From the NCBI GenBank assembly GCA_028714235.1, contig JAQTMQ010000001.1, forward strand, positions 10,218-74,217: a stretch of DNA of 64,000 nucleotides, in the 5' to 3' direction. Below the pieces are notes generated by a model that did not search any database, was not told where the DNA came from, and saw only the letters and a program-made list of their open reading frames with translations. The position numbers and the translations under genes are program-made. Shown in pieces: positions 19,899 to 28,442 of this stretch (within the stretch, counting starts at the first letter, position 1; each line of letters starts with the position of its first letter). This DNA comes from Candidatus Iainarchaeum sp. (GTDB lineage Archaea; Micrarchaeota; Micrarchaeia; Burarchaeales; Fermentimicrarchaeaceae).

Positions 19899-20759
19899 AT
19901 GGAAAACTTTGAAAAAGCGGTAATCGGCGTCGTGTGCCTGCTCGCAATAATCGGTGCTGGATACTATTTTTCAACTCATTCAAACGGTTTTTACGTAGGC
20001 GCCCCGTCTTTTTTAAGCCATCCGACCCTGACCGGTTCATCGACGGGCCCGAACGGGGCAAGTTTTACCCTTCATGTCGACCGGAAAGTCTACGGAAGTG
20101 CGTCCGCGGAGGTCGTTAGCTATTACTTTATAAAACATATCCGAATTTACGTTGACAACGCGCTGGTTGTTGATGAGTACCCAACGATGGGCTTTGGCTC
20201 CGCGGGCAGCGCGACGAACTACTGGCGACTGGCGACGTCGAATGTAAACACAAAATGCTTGCGGGCGGAGGCTTACAACTCGAAAAACGCCCCGTCGTAT
20301 ACTACCGACTCTGACGTTTTCGGGTTCACGCTGGTCAATCTGGCGCCTGGGCCACACACGGTAAAGGTTCGGGTTATTTACTCTGCCGCGTATGCGAACA
20401 CCTTGCAACCACTCACGTCGGAGGAGCAAAAGTACTTCTGCGCCTGGCAAGTCGGTGACCCTTCAACGAGTTCGGCAGACGTTTCAGCCACAGTCAACGT
20501 CGAGGGAGCCTCAACACCAACTCCTACGCCAACTCCAACGCCCGGACTGATAGTGGCACCAACCCGAACGCCAACACCACGAGGGTGCACGCCGTGCCCC
20601 GCTGGTGCTGTTTGCACGATGGTATGTGACGAACAACCACGGGCCACGCCCCCACCAATCACTACGCCCGAAGAACCAACCGGAAGCGGGATTGATTGGA
20701 GTAATCCACTAGGGTTCATTGCGAACTGGATTTGCGAAAACCTGGGCTGGTTGTGTTAG
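19899..20759 (+). CDS. Membrane-anchored secreted protein with TPTPTPTP linker and Cys-rich C-terminus (element-encoded)
   Basis: N-terminal TM/signal anchor, (TP)n repeats, multiple CxxC-like cysteines. Confidence 0.5.
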   Translation: MENFEKAVIGVVCLLAIIGAGYYFSTHSNGFYVGAPSFLSHPTLTGSSTGPNGASFTLHVDRKVYGSASAEVVSYYFIKHIRIYVDNALVVDEYPTMGFGSAGSATNYWRLATSNVNTKCLRAEAYNSKNAPSYTTDSDVFGFTLVNLAPGPHTVKVRVIYSAAYANTLQPLTSEEQKYFCAWQVGDPSTSSADVSATVNVEGASTPTPTPTPTPGLIVAPTRTPTPRGCTPCPAGAVCTMVCDEQPRATPPPITTPEEPTGSGIDWSNPLGFIANWICENLGWLC

Positions 20760-21089
20760 GAGATTGGAGGTTTGGCAAAAGAAAAAATCGACGAATAGAT
20801 GGTGTTCGTTGGCGCGACGTTTCAGCCGTCGCGCCAATGTGGGTGAGATTGTGCTTTGCAGAAATATTTATGCATGTTCTGGACTTAAAACCCACGCACC
20901 TAGCGGCGAGCTCGAGCTGCTGACCGCACTGCCATTGGCGTTTGACCTCCGAACTTTTCGGCTCCTGGCATCTCAGCGGCTCGGTTTGACGAAGGGCGAG
21001 GCCCTTGCGTTACTACTCGTTTTCGTTGAAACTAACCGCGTTCGACGTTGTGGCTTCGGACGTTTTCGACTTAATGGAGGAATCCGACC

Positions 21090-22709
21090 ATGATTCTGCC
21101 TTCCGACGAATTTCGGTACAAAGCGTGCTTCCGGCGAGCTGCTGAGAAGCTCGGGCTTGGAAACGAATATGCCAAGCTTGCCGAACGCATGGATTCGGAC
21201 GATTCAATCATTATTCCGTGCAAGGAGTTGCGGACCGCGGGATTCTGCGACGCACAACAAAAAATGGACTGCATGAAAGCGGAGGACATGCGGCAAAGCC
21301 AGTTCGCGCACGGCGCCGACGCCCTCCTAAATCCTCTCCCGGAAAAAGACCGCTTTGGCGCGACCTACAAAAACGGCTCCTTGTTTTACGGCGTCCTCGT
21401 TGCAAACACGAAGGGACAAATACTTCCGGCAGTCGTCGGCACGAATAAGCAATTTCTCCTGGGCAAGGATGCCCTGGAATCAATAGGCCTTAACTTTGGA
21501 GAAGTCCTCATGCCGAAAACGGTTTGCGAATGGAATCGCGAACGAATTTACCATTATCTGACGACAGAAGAAGCTGCGCCCACTACGACAGAACTGTTCA
21601 AGCGGATTCGCGATATTAACAGAAAAATTGTTTTCCATTCAGACGAAAGAGCCCATGACTTCTTCGCAGTTTTCACGTTGGCATCCGCCGTCTTCGTCAT
21701 GTTCAAGCAATTTGCTCGCGTGGCCGTTTCCGGGATGCCAGATTCGGGAAAAAGCGTTCAGGGTGACGTTTTGGCCCGCTTATGCCCGAACAGTATTGCA
21801 AGTGCGGACGCTTCGCCCGCATCGCTGAAACGCGACGTTGAGGTTGCAGCCGGACTCGTGTTCAATGATAACTACGACAACGGGACCGAGGAACAGCGCG
21901 CCGAGTTCACGCAGTACTACGACACGAGCTTCGAGGCAGGGCGTGAGACCCGCCGCTGTGGGGAAGAAAAGCGAGGAAAAATCGAAGTTTTCCGGACTTA
22001 TAGCCCCGGGCTCGTTAATGCTGAAAGCTTCGCGTGGATGAGGCAATCATCGCGACTTCGGACCGTTTTCGTTCAAATGGTGCGCGCGGATGAAGAAATG
22101 ACCGCGCAACTGGTAAAGCTGAAGGACGTGCCCACCCAGGAATTCGTGGACCTGCAGCACTTGATTAGGATTTGGGCCCTGGAAAACGTTGAAGCTGTTG
22201 CTGCCACTTCGACCACGATCAAGCCTAAATTTTCAAATCGGGATGGCGACCTTGCCCTGCCTTTCCTCAGCGTCGCAAAACTGGCTGGCGAGGGGGTCTA
22301 TTCCACTATTGAAGCATTCCTCACCGACAACTTTGCGCGGCATCATTGCGAGGAGGATTATTCAGATACGGCTGTGCTCGTTCTAGCTATCTGGAACGAA
22401 GTTAAGACAGCAAAGGACCCTGAGGTTTCAGTTGGAGTCCGGGAAATTGCAGCCAAGACGCTGGCTGAAAGAGGCATCTGTGACACGGACGAAACAGGCA
22501 GGCCGACTCGCGGCTTTTCTGGCAAGTTGCAGGAGGAATGCCGCAAGGTTTCTGCGGAAATCAAGGCTAAGGTCCCGTACCGCAAGATTACAAGACCGCA
22601 AAATTTCCTTCATTTCACATTCAATCGTATAGAGCTAGCTCGGTTTATCCGGTCCCGCAAAATTGCCCTTTCTGAAGGGGAACAAGGAGGTCTTCAAGAT
22701 GTTCTATGA
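21090..22709 (+). CDS. Large P-loop NTPase, candidate element replication protein
   Basis: Walker A VSGMPDSGKS; 539 aa; followed immediately by iteron-like repeats. Confidence 0.5.
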   Translation: MILPSDEFRYKACFRRAAEKLGLGNEYAKLAERMDSDDSIIIPCKELRTAGFCDAQQKMDCMKAEDMRQSQFAHGADALLNPLPEKDRFGATYKNGSLFYGVLVANTKGQILPAVVGTNKQFLLGKDALESIGLNFGEVLMPKTVCEWNRERIYHYLTTEEAAPTTTELFKRIRDINRKIVFHSDERAHDFFAVFTLASAVFVMFKQFARVAVSGMPDSGKSVQGDVLARLCPNSIASADASPASLKRDVEVAAGLVFNDNYDNGTEEQRAEFTQYYDTSFEAGRETRRCGEEKRGKIEVFRTYSPGLVNAESFAWMRQSSRLRTVFVQMVRADEEMTAQLVKLKDVPTQEFVDLQHLIRIWALENVEAVAATSTTIKPKFSNRDGDLALPFLSVAKLAGEGVYSTIEAFLTDNFARHHCEEDYSDTAVLVLAIWNEVKTAKDPEVSVGVREIAAKTLAERGICDTDETGRPTRGFSGKLQEECRKVSAEIKAKVPYRKITRPQNFLHFTFNRIELARFIRSRKIALSEGEQGGLQDVL

Positions 22710-22710
22710 C

Positions 22711-22885
22711 GCTATCCTTCCTCACCTTCATCACTTATCTTCACCCTTATCACCCATCCTCACCTATCCTAACCCACCTAACTTGACTACACTACATTTA
22801 CATCGTAATACTATCAGGTTAGGAGTGGGTCCATTCATCCAAAATTGGTTAGGAGGGTTAGGTAAGGTTAAGAGGGTTAGGTGCG
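22711..22885. repeat. Iteron-like direct repeats plus inverted complement block (candidate replication origin)
   Basis: Pyrimidine-strand degenerate repeats TCACCYWTC x~7 (22711-22790), then purine-strand GGTTAGG x4-5 (22817-22883) that are the reverse complement of CCTAACC motifs in the first block. Confidence 0.5.
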
Positions 22886-22957
22886 GGGGGACTGCACTTT
22901 CTGCCTTGGTGCAGGTAAGCGGAGCGCGTTCCTGCTACCCTTGCGGGGTGGGCGGCC

Positions 22958-23443
22958 ATGCTTGACCCGCGTGAAGTGGCGGTTTTGGCCCTGCGGCTGG
23001 GCTTGCTCGTGACACCGGAGGCTGGAGAAGTTCTTGGGAGAATGAACTCATCCCGGCGGGGCGGTATTTTTGCGCGAGCTCGAGCTGCAGGCATTGTGGT
23101 TATTGATGTGGCCTTTCTGTTCCATGAGATGATTCCCTCGGATGTTTCAGTCACCGGGGTTTGCGCTTGCATCCGCGTTGATGAGAGGAGAGTTGAGGAG
23201 GAGAGTCTGGAGATGCTGGAGGTCAAAATTGCGTTATTGACAGCACTGGGCGCGTTGACGGAGGCAAGCATGCGGGTCATTTTGGCGAGGAAGGAGTTGC
23301 AGAGAGAGGGGACGATGGTCCCTGAATTGGCTCGATTCACCCGCTTGAAAACTTACTTGCTTGACGTTAACCGGAGCTTCCAGGATGATGTGGGTATGTT
23401 GTGCCCGGGCATTTTTGAAGGTATACGACGGGTGGGCTTTTGA
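22958..23443 (+). CDS. Hypothetical protein (element cargo)
   Basis: 161-aa ORF, no family recognised. Confidence 0.35.
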   Translation: MLDPREVAVLALRLGLLVTPEAGEVLGRMNSSRRGGIFARARAAGIVVIDVAFLFHEMIPSDVSVTGVCACIRVDERRVEEESLEMLEVKIALLTALGALTEASMRVILARKELQREGTMVPELARFTRLKTYLLDVNRSFQDDVGMLCPGIFEGIRRVGF

Positions 23444-23596
23444 CTAACTCCAAATTTCTAGGGTTCATGGGAGGTATTGGGCGTGTCTCCGTCGTTATTA
23501 AGGAAAATTGCAGAAAAACGGGCCCTCCCCCTGCTACCCCCTTCCTGACTTTATTAGTCTTTATACCGTCTAACGTTTGTCTCTCCTGCCAACTTT

Positions 23597-24184
23597 GTGT
23601 TTTTTCGTCGGGAAAAGTTGAAAATGGTGAGGGCAAAAGGATTTGGGGTGGCGTGCATGGCGGAAGGTGACTTTTTCGTCCGAAATAGCTTGGGTACAGT
23701 TGATTTTAGGGCCGATATTGACCTATTTCGAAGGTTGTTTGCGGTGTCGACTGTGCTCGCAGTGCTGTTGCCCCGCATGCCTGGGAAGTATTTGACGTTT
23801 GAACGCTTCAGGCAGTACTTTTCGAATAGAATTGGCTATCAGGCGATTTACACTCGGGAAGCCATTTACTTGCTGGCAATGTCGGAAGTGATTCGCATTC
23901 GTCAAGAAGGGACAATGAGGGTCATTACGGCAAATGGCGAGGCGGGCATGAAGAGGTTGCAGGTTCGAGCTGGATGGCTTCTTGGCTTGACCCCGAAGCA
24001 GGTTGAAGAATGGAGTGAGGGAGGTTGCGCATCCCAAACGCGCTTCGTGTTCACTCGCGTGCAACGGTGGAAGAAGGCCTTGGATACGGGTAAGGACCCG
24101 AATCGTACTTGGGAAAGCGAGATTGGTGAATTGACGAGCGAAGGTAACTGGAAAAGAATTGGGGACCCGGCGGGATCGTCATGA
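23597..24184 (+). CDS. Hypothetical protein (element cargo)
   Basis: 195-aa ORF, no family recognised. Confidence 0.35.
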   Translation: MFFRREKLKMVRAKGFGVACMAEGDFFVRNSLGTVDFRADIDLFRRLFAVSTVLAVLLPRMPGKYLTFERFRQYFSNRIGYQAIYTREAIYLLAMSEVIRIRQEGTMRVITANGEAGMKRLQVRAGWLLGLTPKQVEEWSEGGCASQTRFVFTRVQRWKKALDTGKDPNRTWESEIGELTSEGNWKRIGDPAGSS

Positions 24185-24290
24185 CGAACGAAGCATTTTT
24201 AGCGCTTGTGCTTGCTGCGACGATTATCCTAGCTGACGAGTGGTGGAAAATGCTCAACGATGGCAAGAAGGAAAAGAAGCCTAACGTGGG

Positions 24291-24914
24291 GTGAAATCTA
24301 TGAGGGGAAACAGTGTATCGACAGAAGAAGAGCTTGCCTTGAAAGCCAAAAAGGAAGTCGAGTGCAAGGTAAAAGAGGAATTGTCGCGGCGGCTATCGAA
24401 AGAAGAACGGAAGACGGTGGCGTCTTACGCACGGACCAGGTTGGAAAGGAATTTCCAGAGGTTGTTGTCTGGAAAGGAGTCAACGAAGTGGCTTTCCGAG
24501 CTCGGGCGTCACTGGAAGCTTATCGAGGAGGGAAAGTTTGACGGGGACGACTTGATGGTTTACGGCGAGTTGTTCCTCCTTGAGGAAGAAATGCTGCGTG
24601 GTATTGTTCGGGCCGAAGAGCTGGTGCCGAGTTCACCCGAGCTGCAAGTACAGCAAAGTACATCAGGTGGACCCGCTCGTACGCGTAGGAATGCTGTGCT
24701 TTACTGCCCAACTTCTCGACGAGAACGACCGGCGGTCATTACGCCGCTTGCACGCGCAATGATTAAAAAACTGCGGCGCTATCCGAAGGAGTCGGTGCTA
24801 AAAGTATTGAGCGAACTTCCAGTTAGCCCCGAAGAAAGTGGCAGGGTCGTCGGCCTTCTTTACGCCGGCTCGCAACAGCATCAAGGCGGTTCGCCTAGTG
24901 GAGGTGTTGCCTAA
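24291..24914 (+). CDS. Hypothetical protein (element cargo)
   Basis: 207-aa ORF with coiled-coil-like charged N-terminus; followed by 63-aa ORF 24914..25105. Confidence 0.35.
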   Translation: MKSMRGNSVSTEEELALKAKKEVECKVKEELSRRLSKEERKTVASYARTRLERNFQRLLSGKESTKWLSELGRHWKLIEEGKFDGDDLMVYGELFLLEEEMLRGIVRAEELVPSSPELQVQQSTSGGPARTRRNAVLYCPTSRRERPAVITPLARAMIKKLRRYPKESVLKVLSELPVSPEESGRVVGLLYAGSQQHQGGSPSGGVA

Positions 24915-25315
24915 TGCAATCTTGGGGTACTCTTCCGTCTAGTCGAGAGGCGGTGTTGTGGGCGCGGCAGGAAGCGTTGCGGCGGGGTCGCGGTCCTATG
25001 GAGGTTGAGTTCGCGGCTGCGGGAATGCTTGCTGAACTCGAAACGCCTTCAACTTCCCCTAGTATCGGCAAGGAGATGAATCGTGCCGAGAGGAAGAAAG
25101 GGTAGCGGATATTAGGTCCGGGGCGGTCTCCCCGGGCTCAAGTTTTCCAAGCTATCAGATGGTATTTGGTATGTCAATGAATTACTTGCAAGTTCGTGAG
25201 CGGTTGAAGGATGCTGAGTTGCGGGCACGCACGGCTACAGGAATGGAAAAAGTTGCTTTGGAGGCTCGCGCTGAGGCGTTTGCGGAGGTGTTGGAAGTGC
25301 AACGAAGGGATTTTC

Positions 25316-26491
25316 ATGGATGAGCAAGCGTACAAGGCGCTTTACGGGCATCTTGAAGTGACACTCAATCGAAGGATTAATGGGCTCCATAAAACAGCTC
25401 ACCCCGACAATGCGCGTGAGCTCGAGCGCTTTGTTGCGCACTTACGGGCGAAAGGAATTTCTCCTGCGCGGCAACTCATTTACGTGGAGCGGGTGGGTAA
25501 GTTCGCCCGTTTCCTGAAAACTCCTTTCCGTACAACTTCCCGCAGCGAGATGGAAGCTGTTGTCGAGCGCATGCGGAAGCATGAAGGCGCGTGGAGCATG
25601 CACACTCATGGCACCTGCATTCGCGCCTTCTATCGATGGTTGTTCGAGCTTGAACAGGATGAGCGTCTGCCGGATTGCATCCGTTGGTTTAGAACGAAAG
25701 GGCCGCCGAGCACGCTCCGTAACGAAGATTTGCCGACTGAGGAAGAAGTGGCTCGAATGATTTCGGCCGCGCGAAGCGAGAGGCAAAAGCTTTTCGTGTC
25801 CCTTATTTTTGAGTGCGGGCCGCGGCCTGGGGAGACAATGTCCATTCGCGCCCGGGATGTGAAACTGAAAGCCCTGCACGCCAAAATTTACGTTTCAGGG
25901 AAAACTCGGGGAACGCTTGGCGAACGCCCGATAACGGTGGTGAAGTCATTTTCTTTATTGAAATCCGTCGTTTCTTCGTTGAAGCCTAGCGACTTCCTTT
26001 TCGCAAACCGTTTCGGCGGACCGTGGAGTCTCGTATACGGCTGCAACCTTGTGCAGCAACTCGCGCGCAAGGCAGGCGTGAAAAAGCATTTGACGCCGTA
26101 TAGGTTTCGCCATCGCGCGGCCACGTGGACGTACAGCAAGGTTGGAGGCCCGCTCGGCAGCCAGCAAATCGGGCACGTGTCAGGCTCCCGCATGATTCAG
26201 CGCTACCTTCACTTGGGGGAGGACGCTGCTGAGAAAGGGATAATGAAGGCCTACGGAATCGCAGAGGATGCTGAGCAAGCCTCCGGAAACTGCCCATCCT
26301 GCAACCGGCCTTACGGCTACGCCGAACTCGTCTGCAACTGTGGTCAACCGCTGACCGCGGAAGGTGAACTGCTCGTCGAAACGAAAGAAGACAAGAAAAC
26401 GGAGGACCTTGAAAAACGTCTAAAATGCCTCGAAGCCCTAGTCGAATTGGAAAGACGGCTCGACACGTTCTGCAAGAAAAAACGGGTTTGA
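25316..26491 (+). CDS. int: Tyrosine recombinase / integrase (paralog 2) with C-terminal zinc ribbon
   Basis: Clear paralogy with int1 (EGAWSMHTHGTCIRAFYRWLFELEQDERLPD vs EGGWSLHTACACLRAFFRWLYELESEDRLPD); RHRAAT / RYLHL catalytic motifs; CPSCN...CNCG ribbon. Confidence 0.85.
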   Translation: MDEQAYKALYGHLEVTLNRRINGLHKTAHPDNARELERFVAHLRAKGISPARQLIYVERVGKFARFLKTPFRTTSRSEMEAVVERMRKHEGAWSMHTHGTCIRAFYRWLFELEQDERLPDCIRWFRTKGPPSTLRNEDLPTEEEVARMISAARSERQKLFVSLIFECGPRPGETMSIRARDVKLKALHAKIYVSGKTRGTLGERPITVVKSFSLLKSVVSSLKPSDFLFANRFGGPWSLVYGCNLVQQLARKAGVKKHLTPYRFRHRAATWTYSKVGGPLGSQQIGHVSGSRMIQRYLHLGEDAAEKGIMKAYGIAEDAEQASGNCPSCNRPYGYAELVCNCGQPLTAEGELLVETKEDKKTEDLEKRLKCLEALVELERRLDTFCKKKRV

Positions 26492-26510
26492 GGTGAGAAG
26501 CGAATTACAC

Positions 26511-26556
26511 GACCGTTAAACGGTCGTAAAACGGTCGTTTTATGACCGTAACGGTG
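26511..26556. repeat. Cluster of palindromic ACCGTT-N-AACGGT motifs
   Basis: gaccgttaaacggtc perfect palindrome plus two further near-palindromic copies (aaaacggtcgtttt, gaccgtaacggt) within 46 bp, just downstream of int2. Confidence 0.5.
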
Positions 26557-26711
26557 TTTCCAGCGCGTTCACAATGCAACGCGGAGGCTCCCCACCGGCT
26601 AAGCGGGCATTTGGAAAGATTATTATTACGTCGTAGAACCTGTCGCTAGCGCCTGAAAAAGTGCACTGGCTTGCGTTTGCCGACCCGGGAGGGGGGCTGA
26701 GGAGTGGGGGT

Positions 26712-26966
26712 ATGGAGACCTTCGACGGAGCTCTCGACGGAGAGCTAATTACCCGTTTAGTTAAATACCACTTCCGAGCGGATAATATCACGGTCGCGAG
26801 AGGGATGCGAATGGCAAAACCGATTGAGCCGACTCCGGTTCTGAAGGGAGAGGACGCAAAAGCGTTGCTTGAAGAGATAGAGCACGCTAGGTTCAGCCCT
26901 GAGAAAGCCGAAGAGAAAAGGCAGGCGATGGCCGCTTACGAAAAGTACATCAAGAAGAGGCGGTAA
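26712..26966 (+). CDS. Putative antitoxin partnering the GNAT toxin
   Basis: Small ORF ending 1 nt before the GNAT gene; position and size typical of DUF1778/RHH-type antitoxins; sequence family itself not confirmed. Confidence 0.35.
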   Translation: METFDGALDGELITRLVKYHFRADNITVARGMRMAKPIEPTPVLKGEDAKALLEEIEHARFSPEKAEEKRQAMAAYEKYIKKRR

Positions 26967-26967
26967 C

Positions 26968-27528
26968 TTGCCAGAAGATAAAGCAGTCAATCTTGACGAG
27001 ATAGAGTTTAAAGAGTACGAGCCGACGCTGTTGCCGTTCATTAAGGAATCGAATTTTGACTGCGGCAACGCGGACTTAAACGAGTTCTTGAAAGAGGACG
27101 TTGACATGCATTACCAGGAGAGCCTAACGCAGACCATGCTTGTCATCTACCGCGGAAAGCTTATCGGCTTCTTTTCGTTGCTGACTGACGCAATAAACTT
27201 AGGCGACGATGAAGTAGAATGTTTCAAGAAAAGAGGCATACGGTACAAATCGTTTCCTGCAGTGAAAATCGGCAGACTGGGTGTTGACGTGCACTATAAA
27301 CGGCACGGCATCGGTACACTAGCCTTGAAAGTCATTAAAGGCTTGGCTTACAAAGCACAAAAATACGTCGGATGCCGGTTCCTTACGGTTGACGCAAAAC
27401 AATTCAAGGAAAGCATCGACTTCTGGGAGGGACACGGCTTCCGCAAGAACCTGAAAGAGAATCTCCGCAACCGTGAAACAATCAGCTACCGCAGCGACTT
27501 GCTCGTCCCAAAACAGTCCCCACCGTAA
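26968..27528 (+). CDS. GNAT family N-acetyltransferase, candidate TacT/AtaT/KacT-like toxin
   Basis: GNAT acetyl-CoA-binding motif (RLGVDVHYKRHGIGTLAL); tightly coupled to the small upstream ORF inside the mobile element. Confidence 0.7.
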   Translation: MPEDKAVNLDEIEFKEYEPTLLPFIKESNFDCGNADLNEFLKEDVDMHYQESLTQTMLVIYRGKLIGFFSLLTDAINLGDDEVECFKKRGIRYKSFPAVKIGRLGVDVHYKRHGIGTLALKVIKGLAYKAQKYVGCRFLTVDAKQFKESIDFWEGHGFRKNLKENLRNRETISYRSDLLVPKQSPP

Positions 27529-27542
27529 TGAACCACATCGAG

Positions 27543-27695
27543 CTACCTGGGCTCGATTTTTCGTAAGTAAACGTCGCCCGTCCGCTGGTCCGTGAGCACC
27601 GCGAGCTCGTCGCCCTTCTTCCAGCCCTTGAGCTTCATAATGCCGGCCGGGAGGACCAGGAAGTGCACGTCCTTTCCCCTCTGGATTTTCGGCAT
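27543..27695 (-). CDS. AbrB/SpoVT-like swapped-hairpin DNA-binding protein, 50 aa (below ORF-track cutoff)
   Basis: Own translation MPKIQRGKDVHFLVLPAGIMKLKGWKKGDELAVLTDQRTGDVYLRKIEPR; LP..I...G.KEGDEL motif; GC-rich codon usage, at the island boundary. Confidence 0.5.
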   Translation of the reverse strand: MPKIQRGKDVHFLVLPAGIMKLKGWKKGDELAVLTDQRTGDVYLRKIEPR

Positions 27696-27884
27696 ACCAT
27701 CAACCCCATAAAGTTTCTTATAGGTAATCCGTGCAAGAACATTTAAACGCCAGACTCGGGGAGGATGGCGAAACTTGAAGTTTGAAGCGTTGCTTGCCCA
27801 CGGCATGATTTTTCGCGAGGCGTCATCCGGGGTTTTTGCATGATTGGTCGGAAGAAACAGGGAACTGCGGAGAAAAGGGGGGCC

Positions 27885-28313
27885 ATGGGACATTTCACGG
27901 ACGCGTATTACCTCAAGAAGCTTGATTCCGCCCTTGCTAAAGGGGACTGGGAAAAGGCGGCCGGTGCGGTTGAGCGCTCGAAGTCCCTCAAGGTGGCGAG
28001 GCCTGCCGCCGAAGCGGCAATCGAGGCGGGAAGGTGGGACGAGCTCGGCAACATGATGGGGCGCGCGGAAAGGCGCTCCGAGGAGGTCGGCGGCTACTTG
28101 CGCAAACAGTTTTCGCGCGCGAAGCCGTCCGACGTTGAGCGGTTCAGGAAGGACGCGGACGTGCTGCTGAATTTCGCGCGCTACGGGAATGAGGACACCA
28201 CTTCGGCGGCGGAGAAGGCGGCGGCCGGAGAGAAGGAGATGGGGCACGTCGCCACGTCCCTGGCGGCGTGGCGCCGCGAAGCCGGGAAGAAGGGCGAGCC
28301 GCGGAAGCGTTAG
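27885..28313 (+). CDS. Hypothetical protein
   Basis: Internal start MGHFTDAYY; Ala/Glu-rich helical protein. Confidence 0.4.
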   Translation: MGHFTDAYYLKKLDSALAKGDWEKAAGAVERSKSLKVARPAAEAAIEAGRWDELGNMMGRAERRSEEVGGYLRKQFSRAKPSDVERFRKDADVLLNFARYGNEDTTSAAEKAAAGEKEMGHVATSLAAWRREAGKKGEPRKR

Positions 28314-28442
28314 AAAAGCGGGGGCACGAGCGCTCCGCGCGTTTTCTTTGAGTGGGCGGGCAACTTTCGCCAACCTTTTAAATCATGCGCCAAAGAATGG
28401 TTAGCAGTCGCGCGGTTTCGCTTTTTTGCTGTGGTGTTTTCC

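Larger units (their letters stand above)
17815..27540. mobile_element. Integrated mobile element / genomic island adjacent to tRNA-Phe (two tyrosine recombinases; possibly two tandem elements)
   Basis: Starts right after the tRNA-Phe 3' end with an integrase; visibly AT-richer than flanks; cargo of regulators, P-loop NTPase, iterons, TA module; GC-rich host genes resume at ~27.54 kb. Confidence 0.6.

Noticed and set aside
19899-20759. CRISPR-like or tandem-repeat DNA (TP repeats, PT linkers at 20.5 kb and 57.9 kb)
   Set aside because: Repeats are short in-frame codon repeats inside coding genes (TPTPTP linkers), not repeat-spacer arrays; no CRISPR array anywhere in the window.
22663-22965. 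100-aa ORF across the 22.7 kb repeat block
   Set aside because: Its translation is just the repeated pyrimidine tract (HLHHLSSPLSPILTYPNPPNL...); region better explained as non-coding iterons.
25130-25300. ~55-aa ORF (MVFGMSMNYLQVRERLKDAELRARTATGMEKVALEARAEAFAEVLEVQRRDFHG) upstream of int2, possible excisionase
   Set aside because: Helical and plausible, but no recognisable DNA-binding motif and below size cutoff; insufficient support.
27530-27700. Direct repeat of tRNA-Phe 3' end (attR) at the right island boundary
   Set aside because: Scanned by eye near 25.1 kb, 26.5 kb and 27.5 kb for copies of ggttcaactcctgcccacggca; none seen, so island ends are assigned by composition only.
28320-28442. 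Possible TPP riboswitch upstream of thiC
   Set aside because: Looked for the conserved CUGAGA / thi-box core and pairing; not evident in the leader, so not called.
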